DNA of 64,000 bases. Origin: Camelus ferus (lineage: Eukaryota). The notes under the pieces are model-generated. The model was not told the DNA's origin, did not search any database, and saw nothing but the letters and a program-made list of their open reading frames with translations. Positions 53,914-64,000 of the stretch are shown here, in pieces. The stretch covers positions 60,638,001 to 60,702,000 of the forward strand of contig NC_045707.1 in assembly GCF_009834535.1 (NCBI RefSeq). Direction: 5' to 3'. Each line of letters starts with the position of its first letter. Within the stretch, counting starts at the first letter, position 1. A program made the translations under genes and the position numbers.

Positions 53914-54071
53914 ATAAAAAATTTCTTCTGTAGAACACAGGAAACTATATTCAGTATCTTGTGGTAACCTTTAATGAAAAAGAATATAATAATGAATATG
54001 TGTATGATTGAGTTACTATGCTGTACATCAGAGATTGACACATTGTAACTGACATACTTCAATTTTTAAAG
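53914..54071 (+). mobile_element. 5'-truncated L1 3'UTR fragment (158 bp)
   Basis: Homologous to 38270-38430 (AAATTTCTTCTGTA...AATGAAAAAGAATAT...TATGCTGTACA...CATTGTAACTGAC). TSD AGTGTATATGTTT at 53901-53913 and 54072-54084. Confidence 0.82.
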
Positions 54072-54503
54072 AGTGTATATGTTTTAAATTGTTCTGGCTT
54101 ATATTCCTATCACAAAGTATATGAGAACACCTGTTTTCCTACATTCTTGCCAGTGTTGAATATTAGCACACTTTTTAGTTTTTGCCAATGTCATAATGAA
54201 AAAAATCTAATTTTATTTCCTTAATTATAAGTAGATGTAAGCATCTTTTCAAATTTTAAGTAGTCTCATATCTTTAACCTTGCTCTTGCTATTCCTCTTC
54301 ACTTGGAATATTTTCTTTTATCTTTCCTGAACTTTTACCATTCTTCAAAGTCCGTGTCAGAATCTGTTTTATTTTGTTTTTCCATTATTGGATTTCCCTG
54401 TAACCTCAGCCTAAAATGATTTCTCCCTCCTTATAAACTTAATGATTTATTTTCCACTTATCACAGTTTTATACCAGAACTGATATATACAATTTTCTTC
54501 TAG

Positions 54504-54612
54504 GATTTCCAGATATACAAGATGGCTAAACATTAATGGAAAGAGAAGCGTAAACCTATCTTCTTTCACTATGGAGGCAAGTTTGGCAGATGGAGAACCT
54601 GACCGAACTTTG
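54504..54612 (+). other. OSBPL8: OSBPL8 exon 2 (67 nt 5'UTR plus 42 nt CDS)
   Basis: Acceptor AATTTTCTTCTAG|G at 54503/54504 and donor TTG|GTAAGT at 54612/54613. Confidence 0.88.
54571..54612 (+). CDS. OSBPL8: Oxysterol-binding protein-related protein 8 (ORP8), first coding exon (partial CDS, MEASLADGEPDRTL, phase 0)
   Basis: ATG in strong Kozak context (ACTATGG). The peptide matches the recalled human ORP8 N-terminus MEGGLADGEPDRTS. Canonical donor follows codon 14. Confidence 0.88.
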
Positions 54613-56494
54613 GTAAGTGGTTCAAATACAACAGTTGTAAAGTGTTTGATGTAAGCCATCATTTTATTTTAAAGATATGTTTAAAACAAATTTTTTAAAA
54701 ATATTGTAAAATAATACCTTAACTCCTCTGTTGATATAAAAATTACAAATAGTTAAAAGCTTGTTGAAGTATAACCCAGTTTTCTGCTATTTCTGTTCCA
54801 TCTCCTACCTGCCTTCACTTTACCACCTGCCTTCCCTGCTTTCCCAGTCAAATAGTATAAGACATACTGATATAATAGTTTGTGTTTATGTTTTCCTCAA
54901 AAAACTTTTTGTCTTACTGAAATTAACAGGGTGTTAATAGTTGAGGGAATTAAATGCCTGCAAATCTCAAATCATATGCAGCTATGCATAGGTGGACAGA
55001 ATGAACAGTTAAAATAATTAAGAATTAAGAGCAGTTGCCACATATACTTCTATAAGAGTATAAAGATTTAAATATTACTGCCTTGTGATTATGATTGAAT
55101 TGTATTCTGAAATTAAAACAAATAGGTAAGGGTAGCAGTTAAGTGTACCTTATCCAATAAGTTAAAAAAAAAAAAGCAAAAATTCACCAGTAGGGTAGAT
55201 TAAATGATAATTTGTCGCTGTACAAAAGCAGGTAATTTAATTTTCAATCCTCCTGTTCTATTTATAGAGATTCCATTAAATATTGATTTATAGACTATTA
55301 GGGATGTTTGGATTACTTAAAGTAATGGTGCCAGTGGGTAACATGTAGTCAGCTGATAACTCTGTGATTTGTGATGTGGTAGATTCTTTGACAAAATTAT
55401 ATTGTTGAAATAATGCGGAGGCCAACTTTTCTGTCTTTCTTATTGCTATGGAGTTGAGAGTCACATATTGCAGTATTTGTAAATTTTAATTTAGTGAATG
55501 TCCTTTGTTCAGGCTCCTGTAGGGCCAGTGTAATGATTGATAGCAAAATGCAGTTTTGCTTACTTGTGTTAACTTAGTCTCAACATTTTTTTGAATTTCT
55601 GGTTCAAACTTGTTTTAGTTTCTTTAATGGTCAAAAAAAAAGTTAAACTTTAAAATGATAACTTGTTAATAGAGAATAAAATGGACATGGAAGTAACTTG
55701 GTTTATGAAGAAGGTTATTGTAATGGTGACTAAATGGAAAACTGACGGTAGGTTGTTTTGTTTTCACTTTAATTTCAGAAAAAAAGTTAAGATTAAAATC
55801 TTGTCTTGGAACATGGTATTAACCATAAATATTTTCTTATTTAAAGCTAATGGACTTTTTCTTAAGTATTTTTAACTGAAATATTTTTAATCTTAGAGCT
55901 AAAATACCGTAATAACAATCGCTGTTTCTAAGTGTATGCTTTGTGCGATTGTCCTCACGACAGCTGTTAAAAGTAGACACTTGTTTATCCTTACTTTTCT
56001 AGATAGGGAAATAAGTTCAGGAAGGTTAATTGTCTTCTCTAAAAGCTCACAGTATAAATGGTGGAACTGACGTCTGTCTGTCTCTGAATACTTTGCTACT
56101 AACATGTTGACTATGTACCTATTTTTCTGAATAGAATTGCTTATAATTTATTGTTACCTTTTAAAGTAAACTAAGTAGATAGTATTAAATTCTATACCAG
56201 AATACCTGCACTATGTTGATAAAGTTTTAATCATTGTTTATTTTAAGTTATATTGATACTGAGAAGTTAGAGCAAGTTATTTAAAAAGTAACGAGAGCAG
56301 TTTTCTTCTTGTGGTTCATGAAGTTTCTTCTGTAAAGTATCGTAGCTTGTTTTAGAGACAATAATACCAAGAACTTCAGTGTGAACTACTGAAATATTAT
56401 TCTACATTTGAAACTAATCTTGAGGTCCACCTTTGAGTTATCTATTTATAAAATATCACCTTTGAACTGCATGGCTTAAGTTAGTTACTGTTTA

Positions 56495-56750
56495 GATCTA
56501 AGAGAAGTGAGTAAGAACATGGGCTCTGTAGACGTTTAGCTGTGCCTTATAATCATCTGAACTCTGTCACTTAGTTACATGACCTGGGTAATTAATTAAA
56601 TTCTCAGGGTTTCCAATTTTCCTCATCTATTAATAAATAAAGATAATAGTAATATCTACCTCCCAGAGTTGTTCTGAGTTTTGAAGTAATGTATCTGTGA
56701 AGTGCCTATTATACAGCTATGAACATTTTAAATATCCAATAAATAAAAGC
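56495..56750. mobile_element. MIR SINE
   Basis: AAGAACATGGGCTCTG...ACTTAGTTACATGACCTGGG...TTTCCTCATCTAT...ATAATAGTAATATCTACCTCCCAGAGTTGTTCTGAG. Confidence 0.7.
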
Positions 56751-57139
56751 TACAATCATTATTGGTAATATAACTATTAATATTCAGCCTTCTCTCCAAA
56801 AGGATAAATAATTAGGAGGCAGGAAAGGCAATAAAACGCATTGAAAAAAAGCCCTACGTTATTCAGTAATTTTGGCTTTACACTTTCTCTGAATCTCATT
56901 TTTGCTACCTAAGGTACTGAGGCAAATATTCTACTTCAATAAAAAATATATAAGTAGGCATATTCATTCTGAGTACTTGACAGGAACAATATGATCTAGT
57001 GAAACCAGAGAGTTCTTTGAAAATATAAAGCAGTGTGTCTGTATGAGGTGGCAGTATTTTAAAAAATCTGATTGCATGCACTGGTTTCTTATTAGTAAGG
57101 TTTTTTTTTTTGTTGTTGTTGTTTTTTTTTTAATGCAGT

Positions 57140-57765
57140 CTTGTGCAAAGTACTGTGCCCAGTGAAAGGGTTGCTAAGAGATGTACAATGTAGTCCGTCT
57201 GAATTACCTTTATTTTGGGAAGACTAGATAGAGGGAAGGGTAGATAAGGCAGTAATAGCGTTTACTAAGTGTTAAATGAGGGACATAAACAAGGCATAGT
57301 TTACAAGTTGGGAAAATTGAATTATTGCTGTACACTGGAGTAGAGAACCTTTCTTAAGAGAACACAAAACTCTGAACAACATAGGTAATAGGATTGAAAA
57401 TGAGCAAGGAGAGCATTTTAGGCAGGAAGGATAGCAGGAGGCAAGGCTAAATGGGGAATGAATTGCTCAAGGTTTATTCAGCAGAAAATGAGTAGCAAAA
57501 TTAAGGTAGATTGGAAGGGAGAGTTGTTTACAAGAATAAGGATCAGTGTGGCAGATAGAGGCCAAACTTGTGGAAAGGTTTGAGTGCCAGACAGGGATTT
57601 TGAACTTGATTCTTAGGCAGTGGAATGTCATTGAATATTTTTATGAAGGTGGATAAGATCAATCTGGAAGCAAGATATAAGATGATTTGGAGGAGTGAAA
57701 GATAAAGATATTAATTCAGAGACTGTTACGGTAGTCTTGGTGTGAGGTTGTGAAAGCTTGGACTC
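57140..57765. mobile_element. L2 LINE remnant
   Basis: GAGTGCCAGACAGGGATTTTGAACTTGATTCTTAGGCAGTGGAATGTCATTGAATATTTTT. Confidence 0.6.
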
Positions 57766-58760
57766 AATCTGACATTATTGTCAGTTTATTCGATTTTCTT
57801 CTACATGAGAGTATGCTTTCTGTTTTTAAAAAATTCATTTGCTCTTTTATTATTCCAGTTATGTATAGTTATATTTTTGAGATAGTGTTGCTTGTTTTAA
57901 GTGGTAATACTGAAAAATATAGATTGAATCTTTATACTATACTAATGTACTTCAGAACACAAGTGTACATTTAATATACATCTTAAAATATTTTGTAAAT
58001 CTCCAGAATTCTCATCACTTTGGAAGTCAACTACTAAGAAATCCTATAAGTGTAGGGGTCAAATTTTTATTGATAGATTGAGGTAAACTAAATAAGTGAA
58101 ATACAGCTTTAGATTTTTTAAAAAATTGAGCATGTTCCTTACCTTAAGGATATTCGTATATTTTGAATATCTTGTATATTATTTCTTTTACCAGAGGGAA
58201 CTACTTTATAAGGTCTGAGGTCAAAACCTTTTGTTGTACTAAAAATTGATTATGTAAATGACTTTTTAGAAGAGAATAAAAGTTTTAAAAATACATTTGA
58301 ATCTTTGTAGTAGTATAAGGGACTCTCAGTTGAGGAAATCTGAAGATTCTAATTTAAATTGGACACTTTGAATCAGGTGTTTTCTGAAGTGGAAGTAACT
58401 GCAAAGATGATTTAGTTTACTAATTCTCAGAATGTTGTAAATTAGTGTCTTCTTCATGGGCCTAGAGATGACCCAGTTTCCTCAGATTTTGATTTTAAAA
58501 TACATACTAGGTGAGTTCTTCTTGATTACTGTGATTTGGTGCTTATAAAGTAAAATTAGTATGTTATTAGAGTTTACTGAGGGCTTTAAATCATATTCTA
58601 AGAAGTATGGCTACTATATGTAACATTTGGCAACATTATACAGCTGTGTATATGGGCATGCAAATTAATGGAATTGCCTCAATTTTTGGTAATACCAGAT
58701 ATTATTTTTGAGTGGGTCACAGTTTTTAAGTGTTGCTATTTTTGTTCTTTCGTTTAAATA

Positions 58761-58952
58761 CAGTTGACCTTTGAACAATTGTGAGGAGACGGGGATGGGT
58801 AGAGCCTCCAACCCTCCACCCAGAACCCTGGTTCCTTGGTATCGGTGATTCAACCAACCACTGGTCTGTAGTACTGTAGTATTTTGTATTAAAAAAATCC
58901 CCCTTTAAGTGGAGCTGCACAGTTCAAACCTGTGTTGTTTGAAGGTCAACTG
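58761..58952. mobile_element. Tigger2/MER8-type MITE (TcMar-Tigger)
   Basis: Terminal inverted repeats CAGTTGACCTTTGAACAA and TTGTTTGAAGGTCAACTG, with TA TSD at 58759-58760 and 58953-58954. Confidence 0.85.
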
Positions 58953-59574
58953 TATTATTAATTTAGTTTCATTATTATCATTATTGATTTAGTATGTTGT
59001 ATGTTGCTAGTGATAGCATATTTATAACAACAGTATTTTCAGTATGGTTTCCCAATAACTGACCTTTAAGTCATTATGCATTCAAGTCGAGTGATAAATG
59101 AACCATATGCCAATTACTAATCCTCTTAAAGTATTCTCGGCACTTGGCTGTTCTTGTTAGTTCCCCATTCCCCACCCCAAGTGGAAATGGGTGGAGAAGA
59201 GCTGTGAAGTCTCTTGTCTCATCTATGATAAATGGGCCACCAAATTTGGTACATATGTTCATCTAATATTTGAATATGCTCTGAGACCTGCCTGCTAAGT
59301 GTTTGGCTAATGCTTGTGTACTTCAGGATTGCCTCACAGAGGCCTGTTTTTTTGTTGTTAACAAAGATTATGCCACCAGCAGAGCCTTTTGTAAACCTCT
59401 GAGTCCTGTGGCTACTTCCCCCTCTTAGTCTTCGTGGGAAAACTTAGAGATGATTTAGTCTAATGACCTGACTAATGTAAGAATTCTATCTGCATTATCC
59501 CCTGACAGCTGGTCATCCAGCCTCAGCATGAACACAGGTCATTTTAGGTAACTGAGTTTCTCTAAAAGCAAGAT

Positions 59575-59920
59575 ATTGTGTTCCTTCTGGAGGTTCTGTG
59601 GGGAGAATCCATTTCTTTTTTACCAGTGTTTAGAAATTGCATTCATCCGTTGGCTCATGGCTCCTTCTTCCCGATAGTTGAACTTCTGTCTTCTGTTGTC
59701 GCATCTCTCCTGCTACTCACCTTTACCTTCCTGTCTCCCTCTTATGCGGACCCTCCTGATTACATTGGGCCCACTCAGATGGTCCAGAATAACTGTCCTG
59801 TCTCAAGATTTTTAACTTAATCACATCTGCAAAGTCCCTTGTATCATGTAAGGTAATATTCACAGGTTCCAGGGATTAGGATGTGGACATCTTTTGGAGG
59901 CAGTTTTTCTGCCTACCACA
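59575..59920 (-). mobile_element. MLT1C/D LTR
   Basis: TTCCTTCTGGAGGTTCTGTGGGGAGAATCC...GATTACATTGGGCCCAC...CACATCTGCAAAGTCCCTT...GGATTAGGATGTGGACATCTTTTGG...CTGCCTACCACA. Confidence 0.82.
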
Positions 59921-60239
59921 GTCATAGTACTAACCTCTGGTGCACCCCAGTCTAGTGGAGTGGGTCCTATTGCCAAATAATCCAAAGTTGGTAGTCTGGT
60001 GGGACATCTCACCTGGGGAGTTGCCAGTTAGATTGAGGTCCTAAATTATGTAAATTCTTAGGTTGCAGAGATCATATGTGAAGTAATAAAATAACTAGAA
60101 ATTTTAGTCATTAATTTATCACCTACATACTCGTTATCTCTTATATTAAAATAGCTTCATCTTCCCAGTCTTGCTAACAGTAACAGTTTATATTAATCAA
60201 ATATTTAAGAATGTTAATAGACTGTTATCTTCCTTGAAC

Positions 60240-61035
60240 TCTTTATTATGTAAAATTTCAAATATATTTAAAAAAATACAGGGTCAACTGTATTTAAATA
60301 AAAGAACAAAAATAGCAACATTTAAAAACTATGACTCACTCACTCAAAGTTACCAAAAATTGGAGCAATTCCATTAATTTGCATGCCCATACTCACAGCT
60401 GTATAATCCTTGCGTACCCATCACCCATCTTCGGTAGTTATCATCTCAGGTCAATCTTGTTTCATGTGCACTTCCACCTACCTTTCCATCCCATATTTTT
60501 TTAAGCTAATTCCAGATACATCATTTTATTAATAAGTATTTCAGTTATATATCTCTAAAATATAAAGACTTAAAAAAAAACTTTAACCATAAATATTATT
60601 GTCATCCTAAAAATGAATAATTCCTTAATATAATCAAATAACTAGTCAATGCTTAAATGTCCCTAATTACTTTATATTCTTTTTATTGTCTTTGTGTTGG
60701 ACTTTGTTGATAAGTCACTTAAGTTGTTTTTAATCTTTAATGTCTCTCCTGCATCTGTTTTTAATTTTTCCTTTTCAATTTTTAATTTCCCTTTTCAATT
60801 TATTGGAGAGATAAAGTACTTTATCCTGTAGCATTTCCTAAAATCTGAATTTTCCCCCACGGTGATTGTTTAGTATGGTTTTCAATTATATTTCTTACAA
60901 GTTAGTCATTACATAATTCTAATCTGAGGCTTGCTCAGATTCAGGTTCAATTTTTTTTGACAAGAATTCTTCATTGATGGTGTTGTGTTTTACCTTCAGG
61001 AGGCACATAATGTCTGATTGTCTCTCTTCTTGTGA
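60240..61035 (-). mobile_element. Old L1MC/ME 3' fragment, interrupted by inverted-repeat arm 2
   Basis: TTTATTATGTAAAATTTCAAATATAT ... GTACCCATCACCCA ... AATAATTCCTTAATATAATCAAATA. Confidence 0.6.
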
Positions 61036-61299
61036 ATTAGACTCTCAGAGGGTGAGACACAGACATGAGTAATTTTTAAAGTCTCTCAGGTGATTTCAGT
61101 GCACAGCTAAGGTTGAGAACCATAGAAGTAGAGGTGGTTAGCCCGGGGACCAAGTTAGCATGCAGTGTGTAATCTAGGTAAAAGCCGCTTAAAACCTGTA
61201 GGGTTGCAGTGGCAGAACAGAAAATATGTTCCTTCTGAATCTTGCTTTTTTCCTAGATTTCTAAAATCTTCACTTTCCATATTTAGGTTACTGTATTGG

Positions 61300-61525
61300 T
61301 GTGGAGAGAAAAAACATAATATTTTGCGGACTTACTATGTGGCCTCACGTGGGCTTGGTGTCTCACACACTTTCTCATTTGATCCTCTCCATAGTGCTGT
61401 GAAGTAGATATTACTCTGTCTTTAGAGATAAAAAAACTGAGGCTCCAAAAGGGATAGTGATTTTCCTTAGATCACATAAGCTAGTCACTGGGGTCTGTTA
61501 GGATTCAAATGCAGATACTCTTAAG
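61300..61525. mobile_element. MIR SINE
   Basis: TCATTTGATCCTCTCCATAGTGCTGTGAAGTAGATATTA...AAACTGAGGCTC...GATCACATAAGCTAG...GGATTCAAATGCAG. Confidence 0.7.
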
Positions 61526-63019
61526 TCTGTTAATCTTGTCACTGAATGTAAGGCTAATGTTTTTATGTTATAAACAGATCTGTATTACACCTAGCCTTTT
61601 AAACATCCCCTTAAAGTTTTTATATACATTACCAAATATAATATATACTTTGAAAACTGTGTGATCATGATCTGTTTTACTTAATGCCAAGTTTTGTCCT
61701 CCTGTAACTAATTTTGACTTTTCTATCTGGGGTGAATTTTTTGGCATTTAGGCACCATATAGTTACTGAGGTATAGAGAGCAGTTGCTAACTGCATTTTT
61801 GTATGTGGTAGATATTATGAGTCATGGAGGTTGACGTTTTTATATTATTATTAGCAGTCTTGCCTGTGGCTTGATACCGAACAACATGATATACTAATCA
61901 ATGATTTGTTAGAAATAGAATAGAATTTTAGAAAGAAAGAGATTTGTTATGCAGTTCTTATGTCTTAATTCAGATCACAGTCATGAGTCAATATAGAATA
62001 TGGGGCTCATGTATCTGTGTAAATAATTGGTCAAAATGAAATTCCAAGTAATATAAGCTCTTGTTTCAGACTGAAACTGGAAATTATGTAAACAGATCAT
62101 AAGATTGAGCATCATACACTGAAATATTTATGTGCATGACCAGTTATCCTACCTAACTTGGCATGATCGTGATGTGATCATGTGGTTTCTATTGTGTTGT
62201 TATTGCATAACATTTACAGGTAACTGTGGATGGATAGGTTAGATATAGAAGAGAATGTCAATGAGGTCAAAGGCCAAGGTCATGGATTGAACTCTTTGAG
62301 TGGATAGTTAACTTTTTTCTTGCTTCATAACTATTTCCTTCCTTCACCAGTAGTTCCACCAGATGCATGACATTAGTTACAAGTGACAACATGTTGTTTG
62401 ATTTTGAATTTCCCTTTTATGTGAAGACTTTGATGAAGTAGGTTGGTTTAATCTTGGCAAGAGACCACCAATACCAGAAGAAATACAGCTTATGCTCCAT
62501 TACCAAAAACTGGTGGTGAATCTGTAACTGTGTTGCTTATGAAGGACAGAATTATTAAAGAAAAAGACAGGGAAATTTCTAGCAATAGAATTTGGGCATA
62601 TGATGTCCAAAGACTAATAGTGGAACAAAGTACAAACATGCTTTAAGTTACAGCTAAGGATGTGCTTAGGAATGAGGTAATTTTCTAAGTTAAATTGTTA
62701 GTGTATAACAGAATTTGAAGACTATAACAGATGTTATGAACAAGTAAGAAAATTAAATTCAAGTTATTTATTCAAATTTACCAGGGAACATTGATAGAGT
62801 TAGGCTTAGAACTCAGATTTTATGATTCTAGTCCATATTAGTGCTTTATGTATCTATTTTAAGCATGAAGAATGTTAAATTTCAGAAAATACAAAGATAA
62901 GCAAGACTTGTTTTTTGCCAAAATAGAATTTAATTCAGTTAATAAACAGGAACTCAGTGGATTATAGATACGAAATTCTTTGCTGGATATTAAGGTTATA
63001 GTAATGATTAAGCCTTTTT

Positions 63020-63335
63020 TTTGCATTCATGCATTTGTTCATTCACTCAGTGTTTATTGAGTGTCTATCATGTGCCACCCTTTGTTTTAGTCTTAAGAGA
63101 TACAACAGTGAACAAAATAGACAAAGTTCCTACTCCAGTGGAGCTAATATTCCATTGGAAAAAGACAAAAAGCATGCACAGATATATACTGTGTTATGTG
63201 ATGATTGTTGTGATGAAAAATGAAACAAGCTAAGAAGGATAGCAAGTACCAGAATAGGAGATAGGTGTTGCTATTTTCTAGGAAAATCATGGAAGTCTTC
63301 TGACAAAGTGGCTTTTGGATTGAGTTCTAAAGGTA
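63020..63335. mobile_element. L2 3' end
   Basis: CATTCATGCATTTGTTCATTCACTCAGTGTTTATTGAGTGTCTATCATGTGCCA...GATACAACAGTGAACAAAATAGACAAAGTTCCT. Confidence 0.75.
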
Positions 63336-63784
63336 CCTTATTAGGCAGAGATAAGAGCCAAGTGTGGAGCTTGCAGGCCTGTTAAGCAAACTGTGGTGGT
63401 TAGGGTGTAAGTGTTGAGGTTTGGGGGAAAAGTGAGTTGAGGGTTCTTTTTACATCCTTAGTCAGGATGATGGAGCTGCAGATCCCTAGGAACATGTGGA
63501 GCTCTGTGGGCTGTCCCCTGTAATTCTACCTGGTAGAAAGATACAGTGATGACACAAATGGAGTATCCATTTGTTATGCCTGGCTAGAATGTAGTATTCC
63601 TTTGTTATGCCTGGCATGAGAGGTCAGGAAAACCCTTACCAAGCATGTGATATTTTTTTCTAGGATTAGAAGAATGAATGTACCAGGAGAGTGACTGGGA
63701 TAGCCTTAAGAGGCTGGAACTCAGGAGAGGTTAAGATGGAAACCTAATTTGAGGAGTTGTCAATGAATAGAGTTCATTAAAAAA

Positions 63785-63885
63785 AATTTAATAGCCACAT
63801 GTAGCTATTGGACACGTGTACCTATTGGACAACACAGATACAGACCGTTTCCATCATTGCAGAAGGTTCTATTTAACAGCACTAT
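63785..63885. mobile_element. MER3/MER33-like (hAT-Charlie) fragment
   Basis: AATAGCCACATGTAGCTA...CTATTGGACAACACAG...TTTCCATCATTGCAGAAGGTTCTAT. Confidence 0.65.
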
Positions 63886-64000
63886 AGTAGGCCATTGTAA
63901 TATTAAGGAAAAGTTACATAATAATTTAATTCTTATTTATTTATGGTAGCAATAGAGAAAATCATATGAGATAACTAATTATGTGTTGTTAAAGAACTGA

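Larger units (their letters stand above)
58635..60407. repeat. Inverted repeat pair: arm 1 at 58635-58769, arm 2 at 60282-60407
   Basis: The reverse complement of arm 2 aligns to arm 1 (ATTATACAGCTGTG..TATGGGCATGCAAATTAATGGAATTG..AATTTTTGGTAA..TGTTGCTATTTTTGTTCTTT..TTTAAATACAGTTGACC) with scattered substitutions and one indel region. Confidence 0.92.

Noticed and set aside
58665..60377. Two similar ORFs (GQLYLN..RTKIAT..YQKL.QFH) on opposite strands, suggesting paralogous small genes
   Set aside because: By-product of the inverted duplication. Similarity stops at the arm boundary and there is no gene structure.
1..64000. CRISPR array, operon, prophage or other prokaryote-type novel system
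   Set aside because: No regularly spaced repeat-spacer array and no gene-dense coding. The sequence is mammalian intronic and intergenic DNA.

Overview
Mammalian genomic DNA, not prokaryotic. It is AT-rich, CpG-depleted and dense in interspersed repeats. Two tRNA-derived SINEs resemble the camelid vic-1 family, and I saw no Alu, Bov-A/tA or PRE1, so a camelid (alpaca/camel) is likely (inference). The window holds the 5' end of one + strand gene, recognised from memory as OSBPL8 (ORP8). Its parts are a CpG-island promoter with non-coding exon 1 (donor after 16452), a ~38 kb intron 1, exon 2 (54504-54612) with the start codon encoding MEASLADGEPDRTL, and the start of intron 2. The rest is upstream and intronic DNA containing L1, L2, MIR, MLT/ERVL/ERV1 LTR elements, DNA-transposon MITEs and microsatellites. 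Almost all ORFs in the supplied track are spurious or decayed repeat fragments. I found no new multi-gene system. The strongest leads are: an inverted duplication ending just inside a Tigger2/MER8 terminus in intron 2; two uORFs joined by a TAATG stop-start overlap just before the OSBPL8 start; a candidate 38-nt ATG-bearing exon in intron 1; a perfect CLEAR/E-box palindrome and a five-tract G-quadruplex in the promoter; and an intact solo LTR ~2 kb upstream. Repeat family names come from recalled consensus motifs, not a database search, and boundaries without target-site duplications are approximate.
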